This document shows, in pieces, positions 48,796 to 57,946 of a stretch of DNA of 64,000 nt. Source of the stretch: an uncultured delta proteobacterium (lineage in GTDB: Bacteria; Desulfobacterota; Binatia; Binatales; Binataceae). Under the pieces are notes generated by a model that saw only the letters and a list, made by a program, of their open reading frames with translations, searched no databases and was not told where the DNA came from. Where the stretch lies: positions 320,001 to 384,000 of the forward strand of contig CAWCDG010000002.1 in NCBI GenBank assembly GCA_963794325.1. Reading direction: 5' to 3'. Position 1 is the stretch's first letter. Every line of letters starts with the position of its first letter. A program made the position numbers and the translations under genes.

Positions 48796-49728
48796 ATGAA
48801 AAAAGCTCTGATCGGCTTACTAGGTCTCTCGATCGTGGCGCTTTTGCCCGGCCTCGCTGGAGCCTGGTCTCATGCCGGAAGATATGGTGGCTCTGAATCC
48901 GGTGGAGGTGGTTCCTGGAACGCCAATGGCGCCCGTGGGGCTTCCGCGTCGGGCGGAGGTGGCTCCTGGAGCGGCAAAGGCGCCTTCGGCGGCTCCGCAT
49001 CAGGCGGCGGCGGCTCCTGGAACGCCAGGGGTGGCAACGGCGGCCACGCGTCGGGTGGAGGTGGTTCATGGAGCGGCAAAGGCGGCGACGGCGGCTCCGC
49101 ATCAGGTGGAGGCGGTTCGTGGAGTGGTCATACTGAAAATGGCGGAACCGCTTCGGGTGGAGAAGGATCGTGGAATGCTCACGGAGCCAATGGAGGCAGC
49201 GCATCGGGAGGCGAAGGCTCATGGGGTGGCCAAGGCGCCAACGGTGGAACCTATAATCACAGTTATTACGGCAATACGTCGACCTACAACGGGAATACCT
49301 ACCACGCGAGCAACAACTACGCGACGACTACCTATAGCAACACTGGAACTTACTACGGCGGCAGCTATAGCACCTATCATCCACCCACTACTGTCAACTA
49401 CTACGGCAGCAGTTGTTCCAACTGCGGAGGCTGGAGCACCGCTGGCGCCGCTGCTGCGGGAGTCGCGGTCGGGGCGGTGGTCGGTGCGACAGTAGCTAAT
49501 GCGAACTCGAATGCAAACGCGGCGAACGCGTACAACTCCGGCTACGCTGCCGGCAGCTACAATACAGCGTACGCGATGGGAGCGATCTATCCGATGACAC
49601 CCCCGGGCGCCATTCAACAATACGTCAACGGCACGACCTACTACTTTTACGGCAACACCAATACCTGGTTCCTGCCTTCTTACGGCGCGAACGGCGTTTA
49701 CTATCGCGTGGTGCCTACCCCAGATTGA
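48796..49728 (+). CDS. Secreted Gly-rich tandem-repeat protein with a glycine-zipper segment and Tyr-rich C-terminal domain
   Basis: GAGGAG RBS, signal peptide, seven 17-aa repeats, CSNC, AAAAGVAVGAVVGA, VNGTTYY...WFLPSYGANGVYYRVVPTP. Confidence 0.8.
   Translation: MKKALIGLLGLSIVALLPGLAGAWSHAGRYGGSESGGGGSWNANGARGASASGGGGSWSGKGAFGGSASGGGGSWNARGGNGGHASGGGGSWSGKGGDGGSASGGGGSWSGHTENGGTASGGEGSWNAHGANGGSASGGEGSWGGQGANGGTYNHSYYGNTSTYNGNTYHASNNYATTTYSNTGTYYGGSYSTYHPPTTVNYYGSSCSNCGGWSTAGAAAAGVAVGAVVGATVANANSNANAANAYNSGYAAGSYNTAYAMGAIYPMTPPGAIQQYVNGTTYYFYGNTNTWFLPSYGANGVYYRVVPTPD
48886..49242 (+). repeat. Coding tandem repeat, 7 x 51 bp (consensus GGSASGGGGSWxxxGxx)
   Basis: GGSESGGGGSWNANGAR / GASASGGGGSWSGKGAF / GGSASGGGGSWNARGGN / GGHASGGGGSWSGKGGD / GGSASGGGGSWSGHTEN / GGTASGGEGSWNAHGAN / GGSASGGEGSWGGQGAN. 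Confidence 0.9.
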
Positions 49729-49802
49729 TTTATCTAACTGGCGAAGGGGACTTCTTGATTGCTGTAGGTCGAAGTGGAATTGCCGTGGGAGGGCATCGTC
49801 TG

Positions 49803-52322
49803 ATGAACGCTCGACATCAAAAGACTGTACCGATTCTTGCGGTAGTTGCACTGCTGATCGTCGCAAGCTTCAGCGCAACCAGAGTGTCGGCTCAAGAAAT
49901 CAGCGGCGTACCTGGCTCACCCAGCTCCACTATGACGCTTGATGGCAAACAACTCCCGCCGCCACCACTGCCGTTCGGTGGCGTGATCAAGGAAAGCGCC
50001 AAGGATTCCACGCCGTGGTGGCCGCCGCGGGTAGTGCCGCCCAAGGGCGCGCCCAACATCCTTCTAATTATGACTGACGACCAGGGTTACGGTGTTTCAG
50101 GCACCTTCGGCGGCGTCATTCCGACGCCTGCGATGGATCGCATCGCCAACGCCGGCTTGCGCTACACCGAGTTCCACTCCACCGCGCTCTGCTCGCCAAC
50201 CCGCGCGGCGCTGATCACGGGGCGCAACCATCACTCGGTGGGCTTCGGCGTGATCGGCGAATTGTCCACGGGCTATCCGGGCTATGACTCTATCATCGGG
50301 CCCGACGACGCCACCATCGGCACCATTTTGCGAGACAATGGTTACGCCACTTCCTGGTTCGGCAAGGACCACAACATTCCCGCCTTTCAATACAGCGCCG
50401 CAGGGCCTTTCGACCAATGGCCGGTCGGCATGGGCTTCCAGTATTTTTACGGGTTCCTCGGCGGGGAGACCGACCAGTGGACGCCTTACCTTTATCGAAA
50501 TACGACCCCGGTGTTCCCGTGGATCGGTAAGCTAGGATATAACCTCACCACCGACATGGCGGACGATGCGATCAAGTACATGCACGATCTAAGCGCGGTT
50601 GCACCCGACAAGCCGTTCTTTGTTTATTACGTTCCGGGTGGCACCCACTCGCCGCACCAGCCGACCAAGGAATGGATCGAGAAGTTCAATGGCAAGTTCG
50701 ACATGGGTTATGAAAAGTTGCGCGAGCAGATATTCGCCAACCAGAAACGGCTCGGTGTGATTCCCGCGGATACCCAGTTGACTCCCTGGCCCGACGGGCA
50801 AACCGCATACGGTGGCGCAAAACTGCCGAGGTGGGACTCGCTCTCGATACTCCAGAAGAAGCTCTACTCCCGCGAAGCAGAAGTCTTCGCCGCCTATGCT
50901 GCCTACACCGATCATGAGATTGGCCGCGTGATCCAGGAGGTTCAGGACGAAGGCAAGCTCGACAACACGCTCATCATCTATATCAGCGGCGATAATGGCA
51001 CCAGCGCGGAAGGCACCCTCGAGGGAACATATAACCAGATGACCGCCTACAACGGCCTGCTTACCCTGCCGATGCCTCTGCAGATGCTGCACTACGAAGA
51101 TTGGGGCTCGGACAAGACCTACCCTCATATGTCAGTGGCCTGGTCGTGGGCGTTTGACACTCCGTTCAAGTGGACCAAGCAGGTAGCGTCGCATTTCGGC
51201 GGCACGCGGCAAGGGATGGCCATTTCATGGCCCGGCCACATCACGGACGTCGGCGGCATCCGCCCGCAGTTCCACCATGTGATTGATATTGTGCCCACAC
51301 TGCTCGAAGCCACCGGCATCAAGGCGCCTGAGGAGGTTAATGGGATCAAGCAGAAGCCGATTGAAGGCGTGAGCATGGCCTACACGTTCGACAAGGCAAA
51401 CGCCAACGCTCCGTCGAAACACGACACGCAGTATTTCGAGATGGTCGGTAACCGCGCGATTTATCACGACGGTTGGATCGCCTCGACGACGCCTCCTGCC
51501 GCGCCGTGGCTCCTTGCAACGGGCAAGTTGACCGACGTCAACGACTACAACTGGGAACTTTACCACATCACCGAAGACTACTCGCAAAACAACGACCTGG
51601 CCGCTAAGATGCCGGACAAGCTGAAGGAAATGCAGGCGTTGTTCCTGACTGAGGCCGCAAAATACCAGGTCCTGCCACTCGACAACACGGGCTTCTCGCG
51701 ACTCCTTACTCCGCGTCCAAGCGCAGTTGCCGGGCGAACGGTTTTCACCTACACGGGCGAGAACTCCAACATTCCGGTGGGAAATGCTCCCAGCATTTTG
51801 GACAAGGACTACACCATCACTGCCGACGTGACGGTCCCGCAAGGTGGGGCGGAAGGAATGATAGTGACCTTGGGCGGCCGCTTCGGCGGCTACGGCCTCT
51901 ATTTGCTCAAAGGCAAGCCGGTCTTCGATTATAATATGCTCGACTTGACTCACTACCGCTGGGAGGGCGGGGTGTTAGGCCACGGCTTGACGGCTGATGC
52001 GCTCGAGCCGGGCAAGCATACGATAGTATTCGATTTCAAATACGACGGACCGGGGCCAGGCAAGGGTGGTACAGGCGTGTTCACTGTCGATGGCAAAGAG
52101 ATAGCTCGCAAGAAGATTCCGCACACGATTCCATTACTCATGTCGATAGACGAGACCTTTGACGTTGGGAGCGATACCCGTACCGCCGTGAACGACGACT
52201 ATAAGCTGCCGTTCCGCTTCACCGGCACGATCGACAAGCTGACTTTCAACCTCGGTCCGGAGCAACTGACCGACGCGGATCGAAAGGCCATCGCAGAGAA
52301 ACTGGCAAGGGCCAGGGACTAG
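49803..52322 (+). CDS. Exported long arylsulfatase (Cys-type) with C-terminal beta-sandwich extension
   Basis: APNILLIMTDDQG, LCSPTRAALITGRNHH, WFGKDH, SGDNGTSAEG, TPFKWTKQVASHFGG, ETFDVGSD...PFRFTG. Confidence 0.93.
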   Translation: MNARHQKTVPILAVVALLIVASFSATRVSAQEISGVPGSPSSTMTLDGKQLPPPPLPFGGVIKESAKDSTPWWPPRVVPPKGAPNILLIMTDDQGYGVSGTFGGVIPTPAMDRIANAGLRYTEFHSTALCSPTRAALITGRNHHSVGFGVIGELSTGYPGYDSIIGPDDATIGTILRDNGYATSWFGKDHNIPAFQYSAAGPFDQWPVGMGFQYFYGFLGGETDQWTPYLYRNTTPVFPWIGKLGYNLTTDMADDAIKYMHDLSAVAPDKPFFVYYVPGGTHSPHQPTKEWIEKFNGKFDMGYEKLREQIFANQKRLGVIPADTQLTPWPDGQTAYGGAKLPRWDSLSILQKKLYSREAEVFAAYAAYTDHEIGRVIQEVQDEGKLDNTLIIYISGDNGTSAEGTLEGTYNQMTAYNGLLTLPMPLQMLHYEDWGSDKTYPHMSVAWSWAFDTPFKWTKQVASHFGGTRQGMAISWPGHITDVGGIRPQFHHVIDIVPTLLEATGIKAPEEVNGIKQKPIEGVSMAYTFDKANANAPSKHDTQYFEMVGNRAIYHDGWIASTTPPAAPWLLATGKLTDVNDYNWELYHITEDYSQNNDLAAKMPDKLKEMQALFLTEAAKYQVLPLDNTGFSRLLTPRPSAVAGRTVFTYTGENSNIPVGNAPSILDKDYTITADVTVPQGGAEGMIVTLGGRFGGYGLYLLKGKPVFDYNMLDLTHYRWEGGVLGHGLTADALEPGKHTIVFDFKYDGPGPGKGGTGVFTVDGKEIARKKIPHTIPLLMSIDETFDVGSDTRTAVNDDYKLPFRFTGTIDKLTFNLGPEQLTDADRKAIAEKLARARD

Positions 52323-52358
52323 GCCATTGGCGTTGGAATCACGGAATCTGCGGCCATC

Positions 52359-52784
52359 TTGATGAATAGTTCTTCGTCAGTGTACGCTCTGCAGTTTGCG
52401 ACCGCGGTGATTGAGGCAGGAGCCGGCTTCGCGCTACTGATTTTTCCTTCCAGAGCGGCAAGACTCCTGCTCGGCGCGCCACTGGATACGCCCGATGCGT
52501 TGACAGTCGCGCGCGTCGGCGGAATGGCCTTGCTCACTTTGGGTGCCGCGTTCTGGCTCGCTCGCGGTGACGCGCAAAGCCGTGCCTCGAAAGGAATGAT
52601 CGCCGCGATTTTGCTCTACAACGTCGGCGCAGTGTTCATCCTTGGCAGTTTAGGTATCGGGTCGCCGCGCGTCGGTGTAGCGCTATGGCCGGCGGTCGTG
52701 CTGCATACTGCGATGACCGCATGGTGCATTATGAGCGTTCGACAGTTGGGCGGCGCCGAAGAGGCAGATAGTCTCCGTCAATAG
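52359..52784 (+). CDS. Hypothetical 4-TM membrane protein
   Basis: TAVIEAGAG...LLYNVGA...LWPAVVLH. Confidence 0.7.
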   Translation: MMNSSSSVYALQFATAVIEAGAGFALLIFPSRAARLLLGAPLDTPDALTVARVGGMALLTLGAAFWLARGDAQSRASKGMIAAILLYNVGAVFILGSLGIGSPRVGVALWPAVVLHTAMTAWCIMSVRQLGGAEEADSLRQ

Positions 52785-52794
52785 CAATCGCGCA

Positions 52795-53469
52795 ATGAGC
52801 TATAACCAACCAATCGGGGATACCTCGCTAATCGCATGTCTGCATTGCGATTTGCTGCAGCGCATCCCCGATCTTGAGCCCGGGGCTTCCGCGCGTTGCC
52901 CGCGATGTAACAAGGAGCTATGGCGCCACCGTGTCGACTCACTCAACCGCACCCTCGCACTGACCCTAGGCGCGGCATTGCTGTACGTAATCGCGAACTC
53001 GGTACCTATGCTCGGTCTTACCATCGTCGGGCGCGACGCTTCGACTACTGTAATCGGAGGCGCGCAGCATCTGTGGGATAACGGACAGAAGATAGTCGGA
53101 GTGTTAGTCCTCTTCACCGCAGTCATCGCACCTGCCCTTCAGATCGGCTTGATGCTGGCTATCGTGCTCGGAGGGATGCGCGCGCGACCGCCGAGATGGG
53201 TAGGAACGCTGCTCCGCTATCATCCGACGACGCGCATCTGGAGCATGATCGAAGTCATGATGGTCGGTGTGCTGGTCGCCTTGGTCAAGATTGCGGACTA
53301 CGCTACCGTGATTCCGGGAATGGCGCTATTCGTGCTCTGGATACTTGTTTTCGTCCTCGCCGGGATGTCGGCTGCCTTTGACTCGCGAGATGTTTGGGAG
53401 AGAATCCAGTGGGCGGGCGAAGCCGAGCGCGACGCTGCGGGTGAGGCTCTTGCGGAGGGAACATCGTGA
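52795..53469 (+). CDS. pqiA: Paraquat-inducible protein A domain protein (first half)
   Basis: CLHCDLL...ARCPRC, ANSVPM, WSMIEVMMVGVLVALVK, FDSRDVW. Confidence 0.9.
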   Translation: MSYNQPIGDTSLIACLHCDLLQRIPDLEPGASARCPRCNKELWRHRVDSLNRTLALTLGAALLYVIANSVPMLGLTIVGRDASTTVIGGAQHLWDNGQKIVGVLVLFTAVIAPALQIGLMLAIVLGGMRARPPRWVGTLLRYHPTTRIWSMIEVMMVGVLVALVKIADYATVIPGMALFVLWILVFVLAGMSAAFDSRDVWERIQWAGEAERDAAGEALAEGTS

Positions 53470-54122
53470 GCTCTGCTGGTATCACCGCGATGCAGCAAGG
53501 TCTGCAAAGCTGCGAAGGCTGCGGGCTGCTCTCGCGTCCCGAGCCGGGCGAGCAAGAAGGGCGATGCCCGCGCTGCGACGAAAAACTTGAATTTCGAAAG
53601 CCCGACAGCTTCCAGCGGACGTGGGCGTTCCTGATTGCGGCCGCAGTCTGCTACATCCCGGCCAATGTGCTTCCCGTGCTGACGACGACGACGGCGGCAG
53701 GCGCCGAGTCGGACACTATTATGCAAGGTGTAGTGTTGCTGTGGTCGCCGACGGGATGGCCGTTGTCGATCATCGTGCTCGTCGCGAGCATCATGATTCC
53801 CAGCGCGAAGATTCTCGCGCTCGGCTACCTGTTAATCACCACCCAGCGCGGCTCGGTCGCCAATAACGAACAGCGGATCCGAATGTACCGGATGGTCGAG
53901 TTCATCGGACGATGGTCGATGGTCGACGTGTTCGTCGATACTTTCACGGCGGCGTTGATTCAGCTCCAGCCACTAATGTCAGTGGAGCCGGGGCCGGGTC
54001 TGATCTTCTTCGCGGCGGTGGTGGTGTTTACGATGCTCGCGGTCGAAGCGTTCGATCCACGGCTAATCTGGGATTCCATCAGTTCGCAAGAGGCAAATTC
54101 GAAAGAGGTTACATATGCCTGA
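53466..54122 (+). CDS. pqiA: Paraquat-inducible protein A domain protein (second half)
   Basis: CEGC...CPRC, QRTWAFLIAA, YIPANVLPV, EFIGRWSMVDVFV, FDPRLIWD. Confidence 0.92.
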   Translation: MSSAGITAMQQGLQSCEGCGLLSRPEPGEQEGRCPRCDEKLEFRKPDSFQRTWAFLIAAAVCYIPANVLPVLTTTTAAGAESDTIMQGVVLLWSPTGWPLSIIVLVASIMIPSAKILALGYLLITTQRGSVANNEQRIRMYRMVEFIGRWSMVDVFVDTFTAALIQLQPLMSVEPGPGLIFFAAVVVFTMLAVEAFDPRLIWDSISSQEANSKEVTYA

Positions 54123-55704
54123 TCGCGATCCGCCACGCTCGTCAGTCCCCGAATCGAGGAACGTGCCTAAGAAGCGCACGCGGCTGTCGCTGGTTTGGTT
54201 CATTCCGATTCTGGCGGCAGTTGTCGGCGCATGGGTGGCTGTGACGCGAGTGCTGAGCGAAGGCCCCAAGATAACGATCGTTATGAAATCGGCGGAAGGA
54301 CTGGAGGCTGGCAAGACAAAGATCCATTACAACGGCGTCGATATCGGCACGGTAAGAACAATAGAGCTATCGCCGGATCATCAAACCGTGATCCTGAAAG
54401 CGCAGATGGCGCCCAAGACAGAGACCTTCCTCGTCAAAGATACCAAGTTCTGGGTCGTGAGGCCGCGAATCTCGGGCGCCAACATTACGGGGCTCGGCAC
54501 GCTTATTTCCGGAGCCTACATAGGTGTGGAAATAGGCTCTTCACAGGAAGAGCAAAACGACTTTGTGGCGCTCGAAACACCTCCCATCATAACCGGCGAT
54601 ATTCCCGGGCGCTTCTTCATTTTGAAAACACCTGACTTAGGCTCGCTGGACACCGGCACTCCAATTTACTTCAGGCGGTTACAAGTCGGCCAGGTCGCAT
54701 CCTATGCGCTCGACAAGGACGGTAAGAATCTGACTGTCAAGGCGTTCGTGCAAGCGCCGTACGACCAGTACGTCAACCCTAACACTCGCTTCTGGCATGC
54801 GAGCGGAGTCGACGTGTCGCTCTCGGCGAGCGGTCTTACTGTACAGACTCAGTCGGTGTTGTCGATCCTTATAGGTGGCATCGCGTTCGAAACCGCACCG
54901 ACCGTTTTGGTCTTGCCACCGTCCGAAGAGAATGCAGTATTTACCCTGTACAGCAACCGGACCGAGGCCTTCAACCCACCTCCGCGCAATCCGCAAACCT
55001 ACGTGCTCATTTTCAAGGAGTCGGTTCGAGGCCTGACAGTAGGGGCGCCCGTCGAGTTCCGCGGTATTCCAATCGGCGAGGTAGCGGATATTCGCGCGCA
55101 AATCGACCTGAAGAATTTCGAGTTTTCAGTACCGGTGACCATTCGGCTGGACCCGACCCGGCTCGGAGTAAAGGTCGTTGATGCGTCGGCTTTCGTGGAT
55201 CTCGGGTCGATGCGTCGGAGGCTGATCGACAGCTTGATAGCTCACGGCGCTCGTGCGCAGCTCGCGACTGGCAGCCTGCTGACCGGAGCCGTTTATGTGT
55301 CGATCGACTTTTTCCCCGGAGCGCCGCCGGCGACGGTGGACTGGTCGCAGCAGCCGCCCCAGATTCCGACTACTCCCGGACAATTCCAGGCGACCGAGGC
55401 GACCGTCGAGAATATCGTCAAGAAGCTCGACAAGGTGCCCTTCCAGGAGATCGGGGTAGACCTACAAAAGGCTATCTCCCAGCTGGATGCAACCTTGGTC
55501 AGCGCACAAGGGACGCTAACCAGCGCGCGCGGCACTCTCGACAATACCACCACGCTCACCGGACCAAATTCGGCGCAGGTCCAGCAAGTAAGCAGCACCT
55601 TGCAGGAAGTGAGCCGCGCCGCGCGATCGTTGCGCGTGCTGGCAGACTATCTCGAGCGTCATCCCGAGGCGCTCCTTCGAGGCAAGACGGGGGAGGCGAA
55701 GTGA
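54115..55704 (+). CDS. pqiB: PqiB three-MCE-domain intermembrane transport protein
   Basis: SLVWFIP, AEGLEAGKTKI, FWVVRPRI, GTPIYFRRLQVGQV, SVRGLTVGAPVEFRG, LADYLERHPEALLRGK. Confidence 0.93.
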   Translation: MPDRDPPRSSVPESRNVPKKRTRLSLVWFIPILAAVVGAWVAVTRVLSEGPKITIVMKSAEGLEAGKTKIHYNGVDIGTVRTIELSPDHQTVILKAQMAPKTETFLVKDTKFWVVRPRISGANITGLGTLISGAYIGVEIGSSQEEQNDFVALETPPIITGDIPGRFFILKTPDLGSLDTGTPIYFRRLQVGQVASYALDKDGKNLTVKAFVQAPYDQYVNPNTRFWHASGVDVSLSASGLTVQTQSVLSILIGGIAFETAPTVLVLPPSEENAVFTLYSNRTEAFNPPPRNPQTYVLIFKESVRGLTVGAPVEFRGIPIGEVADIRAQIDLKNFEFSVPVTIRLDPTRLGVKVVDASAFVDLGSMRRRLIDSLIAHGARAQLATGSLLTGAVYVSIDFFPGAPPATVDWSQQPPQIPTTPGQFQATEATVENIVKKLDKVPFQEIGVDLQKAISQLDATLVSAQGTLTSARGTLDNTTTLTGPNSAQVQQVSSTLQEVSRAARSLRVLADYLERHPEALLRGKTGEAK

Positions 55705-56294
55705 TGGCACGACGTATCGCGCAACTGGTCTCGATCGGGTTGGTGGCTGCGCTTGTATCAGGATGCAGCACTGCTCCGTCGCGGTTCTACTCTTTGGCCC
55801 CGACCGCAACTGCAGACGGCACGCCGCCAACCACAGGCTCGGTGATGGTAGGTCCGGTCTCGATACCCGCCGCAGTAGATCAGCCTGAGTTTGTGGTGCA
55901 GGTCGCCCCGAACCGCGTTCAAGTCGATGAGTTCAATCGATGGGTTTCGCCGCTGGGTGATTCGATAGCTCGCGCAGTCGCCGGCGATCTCGTCGTCCTG
56001 CTCGGCACGCCAGACGTCGCCAGTTCACAGTTGGCGAATTGGGTTCCGGATTACAGAGTGACGATCGACGTGCAGCGCTTCGAGTCGGTTCAAGGTCAGG
56101 CAGCTACGCTCGAGGCGGTATGGACGGTGCGCAAGAGCGCGGGCGGTGAGACTCGATCGGGACGCACCGTCGCGCGCGAACCCGTGCAGGGTCAGGGTTT
56201 CGAAGCGCTTGCGGCCGGGCACAGTCAGGCAATAGCAAAGATGAGCGGCGACATCGCAGCGGCGATTCGCGCCGAAGCCGAGCAGAAGTCTTAA
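55701..56294 (+). CDS. pqiC: PqiC outer-membrane lipoprotein
   Basis: Lipobox VSGC, RFYSL, VGPVSIP, RWVSPL, DVQRFE. Confidence 0.88.
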   Translation: MMARRIAQLVSIGLVAALVSGCSTAPSRFYSLAPTATADGTPPTTGSVMVGPVSIPAAVDQPEFVVQVAPNRVQVDEFNRWVSPLGDSIARAVAGDLVVLLGTPDVASSQLANWVPDYRVTIDVQRFESVQGQAATLEAVWTVRKSAGGETRSGRTVAREPVQGQGFEALAAGHSQAIAKMSGDIAAAIRAEAEQKS

Positions 56295-56343
56295 CAGTCA
56301 ATCTAGCGAGAGACTTAGTTGAAGCGAAGGACAGAATGACCCA

Positions 56344-57939
56344 ATGAGCAGAATGAAACTACTATCGCGGCCCAAGGGCCGATCGTTGCCGTTGATACTT
56401 ACAGCGGCGGTCTTAATGTCCACGTCGCCGGTGATCACCGGATGCTCGCGCGGGGATGATCAACCTGCCGCGGCGCCGTCGGTCCAGGCGGAGCCGAGCG
56501 TCGCTCCGACGGCAGTGCCTGCGGCTCCTCCTCCCGCGGCTGCCGCGGAACCCGGACCGCCGCCCGGTGCTGCAACTGCGCAAGAGTTGCAGGAACTGGT
56601 CTCACCAATTGCTCTTTATCCCGACGTGCTCGTGGCGCAAATCCTCGCCGGATCAACCTATCCGACGCAGGTGGTGGAAGCCGATCGTTGGATGAAGCAG
56701 AACCCCAACCTCACCGGCGATCAGTTGGCCAACCAGGTGAATCAGCAAGCGTGGGATCCGAGCATCAAGTCGCTGACTCAGTTTCCTTCGGTTCTTCAAA
56801 CGATGAACGATAGCCTGGCGTGGACCTCTGAGCTGGGCGAGGCGTACTACAATCAGCCCGCGGACGTGATGAATGCTATTCAGGTCCTGCGCAACATGGC
56901 AGTGAACGCGGGAACACTTAAGTCCACTGAGCAACAGAAAATTGAAGTCCAGCCGAGTCCTCCCGCCGCGCAAGGTAGCGCGCAACCCTCAGTTCAGCAG
57001 ACGGTTATTATCCAACCGGCGCAGCCGAACACGGTTTACGTCCCCCAGTACAATCCGACTACCGCTTACGGTGCACCGGTCGCAGCGCCACCAGGATACA
57101 GCGGCAGCGATTTGCTTCTTACAGGTGTCTTATCGTTCGGAGCCGGGATTTTGCTTGGATCGCTGATCAATAACGGGAACAACAATTGGAACTGCGGTTG
57201 GTACGGAGGCGGCGGTAGCTCGGTCAAGTACAACAACAACGTTTACGTCACTAACAACAACGTGTACCCGGGGCGCTATCCCGCCGGTGGTGGCGGTTAC
57301 CGTCCGCCTGCATACCGTCCGCCTGCATATCGCCCGCCCAATGGAGGATACCCGGGATACCAACCACGACCGGGGCAATATCCGGCGACCAGGCCGGCCA
57401 ACGGTGGCGGCGGGTATAGTCGTCCTAACAATCCAGGAGTGCCCGCGACGCGGCCCTACGACAAGAAGACCGCAAGGCCGGCTAATCCAGATATCGCCAG
57501 ACCTAATTTCCCCAAGTCGAGCACACTCCCTAACAATCCAGCCGGTTCTAATCTGAACAAGAAAGAGGTTGGGAAGAATCGACCCAATCAGCCGGCTAAC
57601 CCTATCGCCGAGAATCGTCCAGCTAATCCTGCCGGCGGAAATCGGCCTGCCACCAAGCCTGCCAATCGTCCGGCCGACCCGGCCCGAGGCTTCGCTAAGG
57701 ACAACAGCAGCACGGGTGGCCGCAATAGCGCGCTAGGTGGATATGAGCCCGGTGGAAACGCGCGAGCATCCAGCGATCGCGGGCAATCCAGCTTCAAGGG
57801 AAATCAGAAACCCGCTGGCGGCGGAGGCAATCGTGGAGGAGGCGGCAACGCCAATCGCGGTGGCGGGGGTGGCGGCGGAAATCGAGGCGGCGGAGGCGGC
57901 GGCGGTGGAAATCGAGGCGGCGGGAAAAAGGGCAGGTGA
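56344..57939 (+). CDS. DUF3300 domain lipoprotein with long Pro/Arg/Gly low-complexity tail
   Basis: ITGC lipobox, LVSPIALYPDVLVAQIL, WDPSIKSLTQFP, WTSELGEAY, VYVPQYNP; YRPPA and NRGGGG repeats. Confidence 0.88.
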   Translation: MSRMKLLSRPKGRSLPLILTAAVLMSTSPVITGCSRGDDQPAAAPSVQAEPSVAPTAVPAAPPPAAAAEPGPPPGAATAQELQELVSPIALYPDVLVAQILAGSTYPTQVVEADRWMKQNPNLTGDQLANQVNQQAWDPSIKSLTQFPSVLQTMNDSLAWTSELGEAYYNQPADVMNAIQVLRNMAVNAGTLKSTEQQKIEVQPSPPAAQGSAQPSVQQTVIIQPAQPNTVYVPQYNPTTAYGAPVAAPPGYSGSDLLLTGVLSFGAGILLGSLINNGNNNWNCGWYGGGGSSVKYNNNVYVTNNNVYPGRYPAGGGGYRPPAYRPPAYRPPNGGYPGYQPRPGQYPATRPANGGGGYSRPNNPGVPATRPYDKKTARPANPDIARPNFPKSSTLPNNPAGSNLNKKEVGKNRPNQPANPIAENRPANPAGGNRPATKPANRPADPARGFAKDNSSTGGRNSALGGYEPGGNARASSDRGQSSFKGNQKPAGGGGNRGGGGNANRGGGGGGGNRGGGGGGGGNRGGGKKGR

Positions 57940-57946
57940 AAGGCGA

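Noticed and set aside
48886-49242. CRISPR-like regularly spaced repeats
   Set aside because: The 51-bp period is in frame, degenerate at synonymous positions and lacks unique spacers; it is a protein repeat, and there are no cas genes.
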